Source: Myxococcales bacterium
GTDB lineage: Bacteria > Myxococcota_A > Polyangia > Polyangiales > Polyangiaceae
Reading direction: 5' to 3'
DNA length: 59,559 nucleotides
Assembly: GCA_043747615.1 (NCBI GenBank)
Contig: JAYTOU010000008.1
Coordinates: 1-59,559 of the forward strand
The position numbers were made by a program, and so were the translations under genes. Under the pieces are notes generated by a model. That model was given only the letters and a program-made list of their open reading frames with translations, was not told where the DNA came from and did not search any database. Shown here piece after piece: positions 58,625 through 59,559 of this stretch. How positions within the stretch are numbered: the first letter of the stretch is position 1; each line of letters opens with the position of its first letter.

Positions 58625-59385
58625 CGATCAGCCAGGCCGATCTGAAACGCGTACGCGCGCTTCACGAAAAAAAATTCCGCAAGGAGAGCAAGCGCTTCCT
58701 CGTGCAAGGGCGGAAGGTGGTGGCCGAGCTCCTCGGTTCCTCCTGGCGCACCGAATCGATCTTCGCCTCCGAGGAAGGGGCGTCCTTCGTTCGAGCCGCC
58801 GCGGCAAAAAACAAAGTCCCGGTGCACGTCGTCGCCGCGCACGAGCTCGACAAGATCGGAACCTTCGAGACCGGCAACGAGCTCGTCGCGGTCGCGATCG
58901 CGCCCGATCAGCCTAAATTCCGTGCTCCGGTGGGTCACGAGCTGATGCTCGCTCTCGACGGAATCCGCGATCCGCGCAACATGGGCAGCCTCCTGCGCAT
59001 CGCCGACTGGTTCGGGGTCACCCAGGTGCTGTGCAGCCCCGACTGCATGGAGATCTACAATCCGAAGGTCGTGCAATCCACGATGGGGTCGCTCTTCCGC
59101 GTGGAGGTGCGCTACGGGAACCTCGGCGTAGAGCTCTCGCAATGCAAGGCAGCAGGCGCCACCGTATTTCTCGCGAGCATGGATGGCGCGCCTGTCTTCG
59201 GAGTGAATCTCACGCGGCCCGCGGTGCTCGTACTCGGCAGCGAGTCGCACGGTTTATCGGACGCGCTTCGTGCGCAGAACGCAACGGTGATCGCCATTCC
59301 GCGCGTCGGCCGCGCCGAGTCGCTCAACGTGGCGATGGCCGCGTCGGCGCTGTGCACTGAGTTCACGCGGCAAGCGAAGCGGTAG
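58621..59385 (+). CDS. TrmH/SpoU family RNA methyltransferase
   Basis: DPRNMGSLLR, GSESHGL, ESLNVAMA. Confidence 0.94.
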   Translation: MTISQADLKRVRALHEKKFRKESKRFLVQGRKVVAELLGSSWRTESIFASEEGASFVRAAAAKNKVPVHVVAAHELDKIGTFETGNELVAVAIAPDQPKFRAPVGHELMLALDGIRDPRNMGSLLRIADWFGVTQVLCSPDCMEIYNPKVVQSTMGSLFRVEVRYGNLGVELSQCKAAGATVFLASMDGAPVFGVNLTRPAVLVLGSESHGLSDALRAQNATVIAIPRVGRAESLNVAMAASALCTEFTRQAKR

Positions 59386-59399
59386 TTGCGCGCGCGACT

Positions 59400-59558
59400 T
59401 CAGACCGGATAGAGCTCGGCACAACGCTCCGCGCACCGCACCCCGTCCATCGCCGCGGAGACGATACCGCCTGCGTAGCCTGCCCCTTCGCCGCAGGGAA
59501 ATAAGCCTCGAATGTGCACGTGCTCGAGTCGCTCCGGGTCGCGCGGGATGCGCACCGG
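59400..59558 (-). CDS. C-terminus of an NAD(P)/FAD-dependent oxidoreductase, partial
   Basis: PVRIPRD..GLFPCGEGAGYAGGIVSAAMDG, TGA at 59400-59402. Confidence 0.85.
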   Translation of the reverse strand, partial: PVRIPRDPERLEHVHIRGLFPCGEGAGYAGGIVSAAMDGVRCAERCAELYPV

Positions 59559-59559
59559 C

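Noticed and set aside
1..59559. Mobile elements, prophage, rRNA or tRNA
   Set aside because: No transposase, integrase, phage gene or recognisable structural RNA seen; composition appears uniform

Overview
High-GC chromosomal segment, most likely from a myxobacterium of the Sorangiineae/Polyangiaceae type. This is inferred from a MYXO-CTERM protein, Cys-rich lipoproteins, a Pkn-type Ser/Thr kinase beside an FHA-sigma54 activator, and a TSP3-OmpA protein. It holds about 50 genes, and I found no rRNA, tRNA, CRISPR array, IS or prophage. Main blocks in order: SWIM-SNF2 helicase; GST-fetAB, divergent from a YeiH exporter fused to a cysteine-dioxygenase-like cupin plus a persulfide dioxygenase-rhodanese fusion; DUF3160-diheme cytochrome c (CX4CH)-HiPIP; xfp-ackA; a PilB/GspE-N2-TPR fusion; a cNMP-PilZ pair; an orphan binding lipoprotein-kinase-partner operon with a sigma54-like promoter and convergent FHA-EBP; TCS-TolC-MFP-RND efflux; an EF-hand 5'-nucleotidase; a GT4/GT-C glycosylation cluster; a traAB-like adhesin pair with a non-TraA N-terminal domain; and two internally collapsed genes coupled to a TrmH methyltransferase. 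The best candidates for an undescribed system are the YeiH-cupin/PDO-rhodanese sulfur module and the traAB-like pair. All family calls are by eye from motifs; no database search was run.
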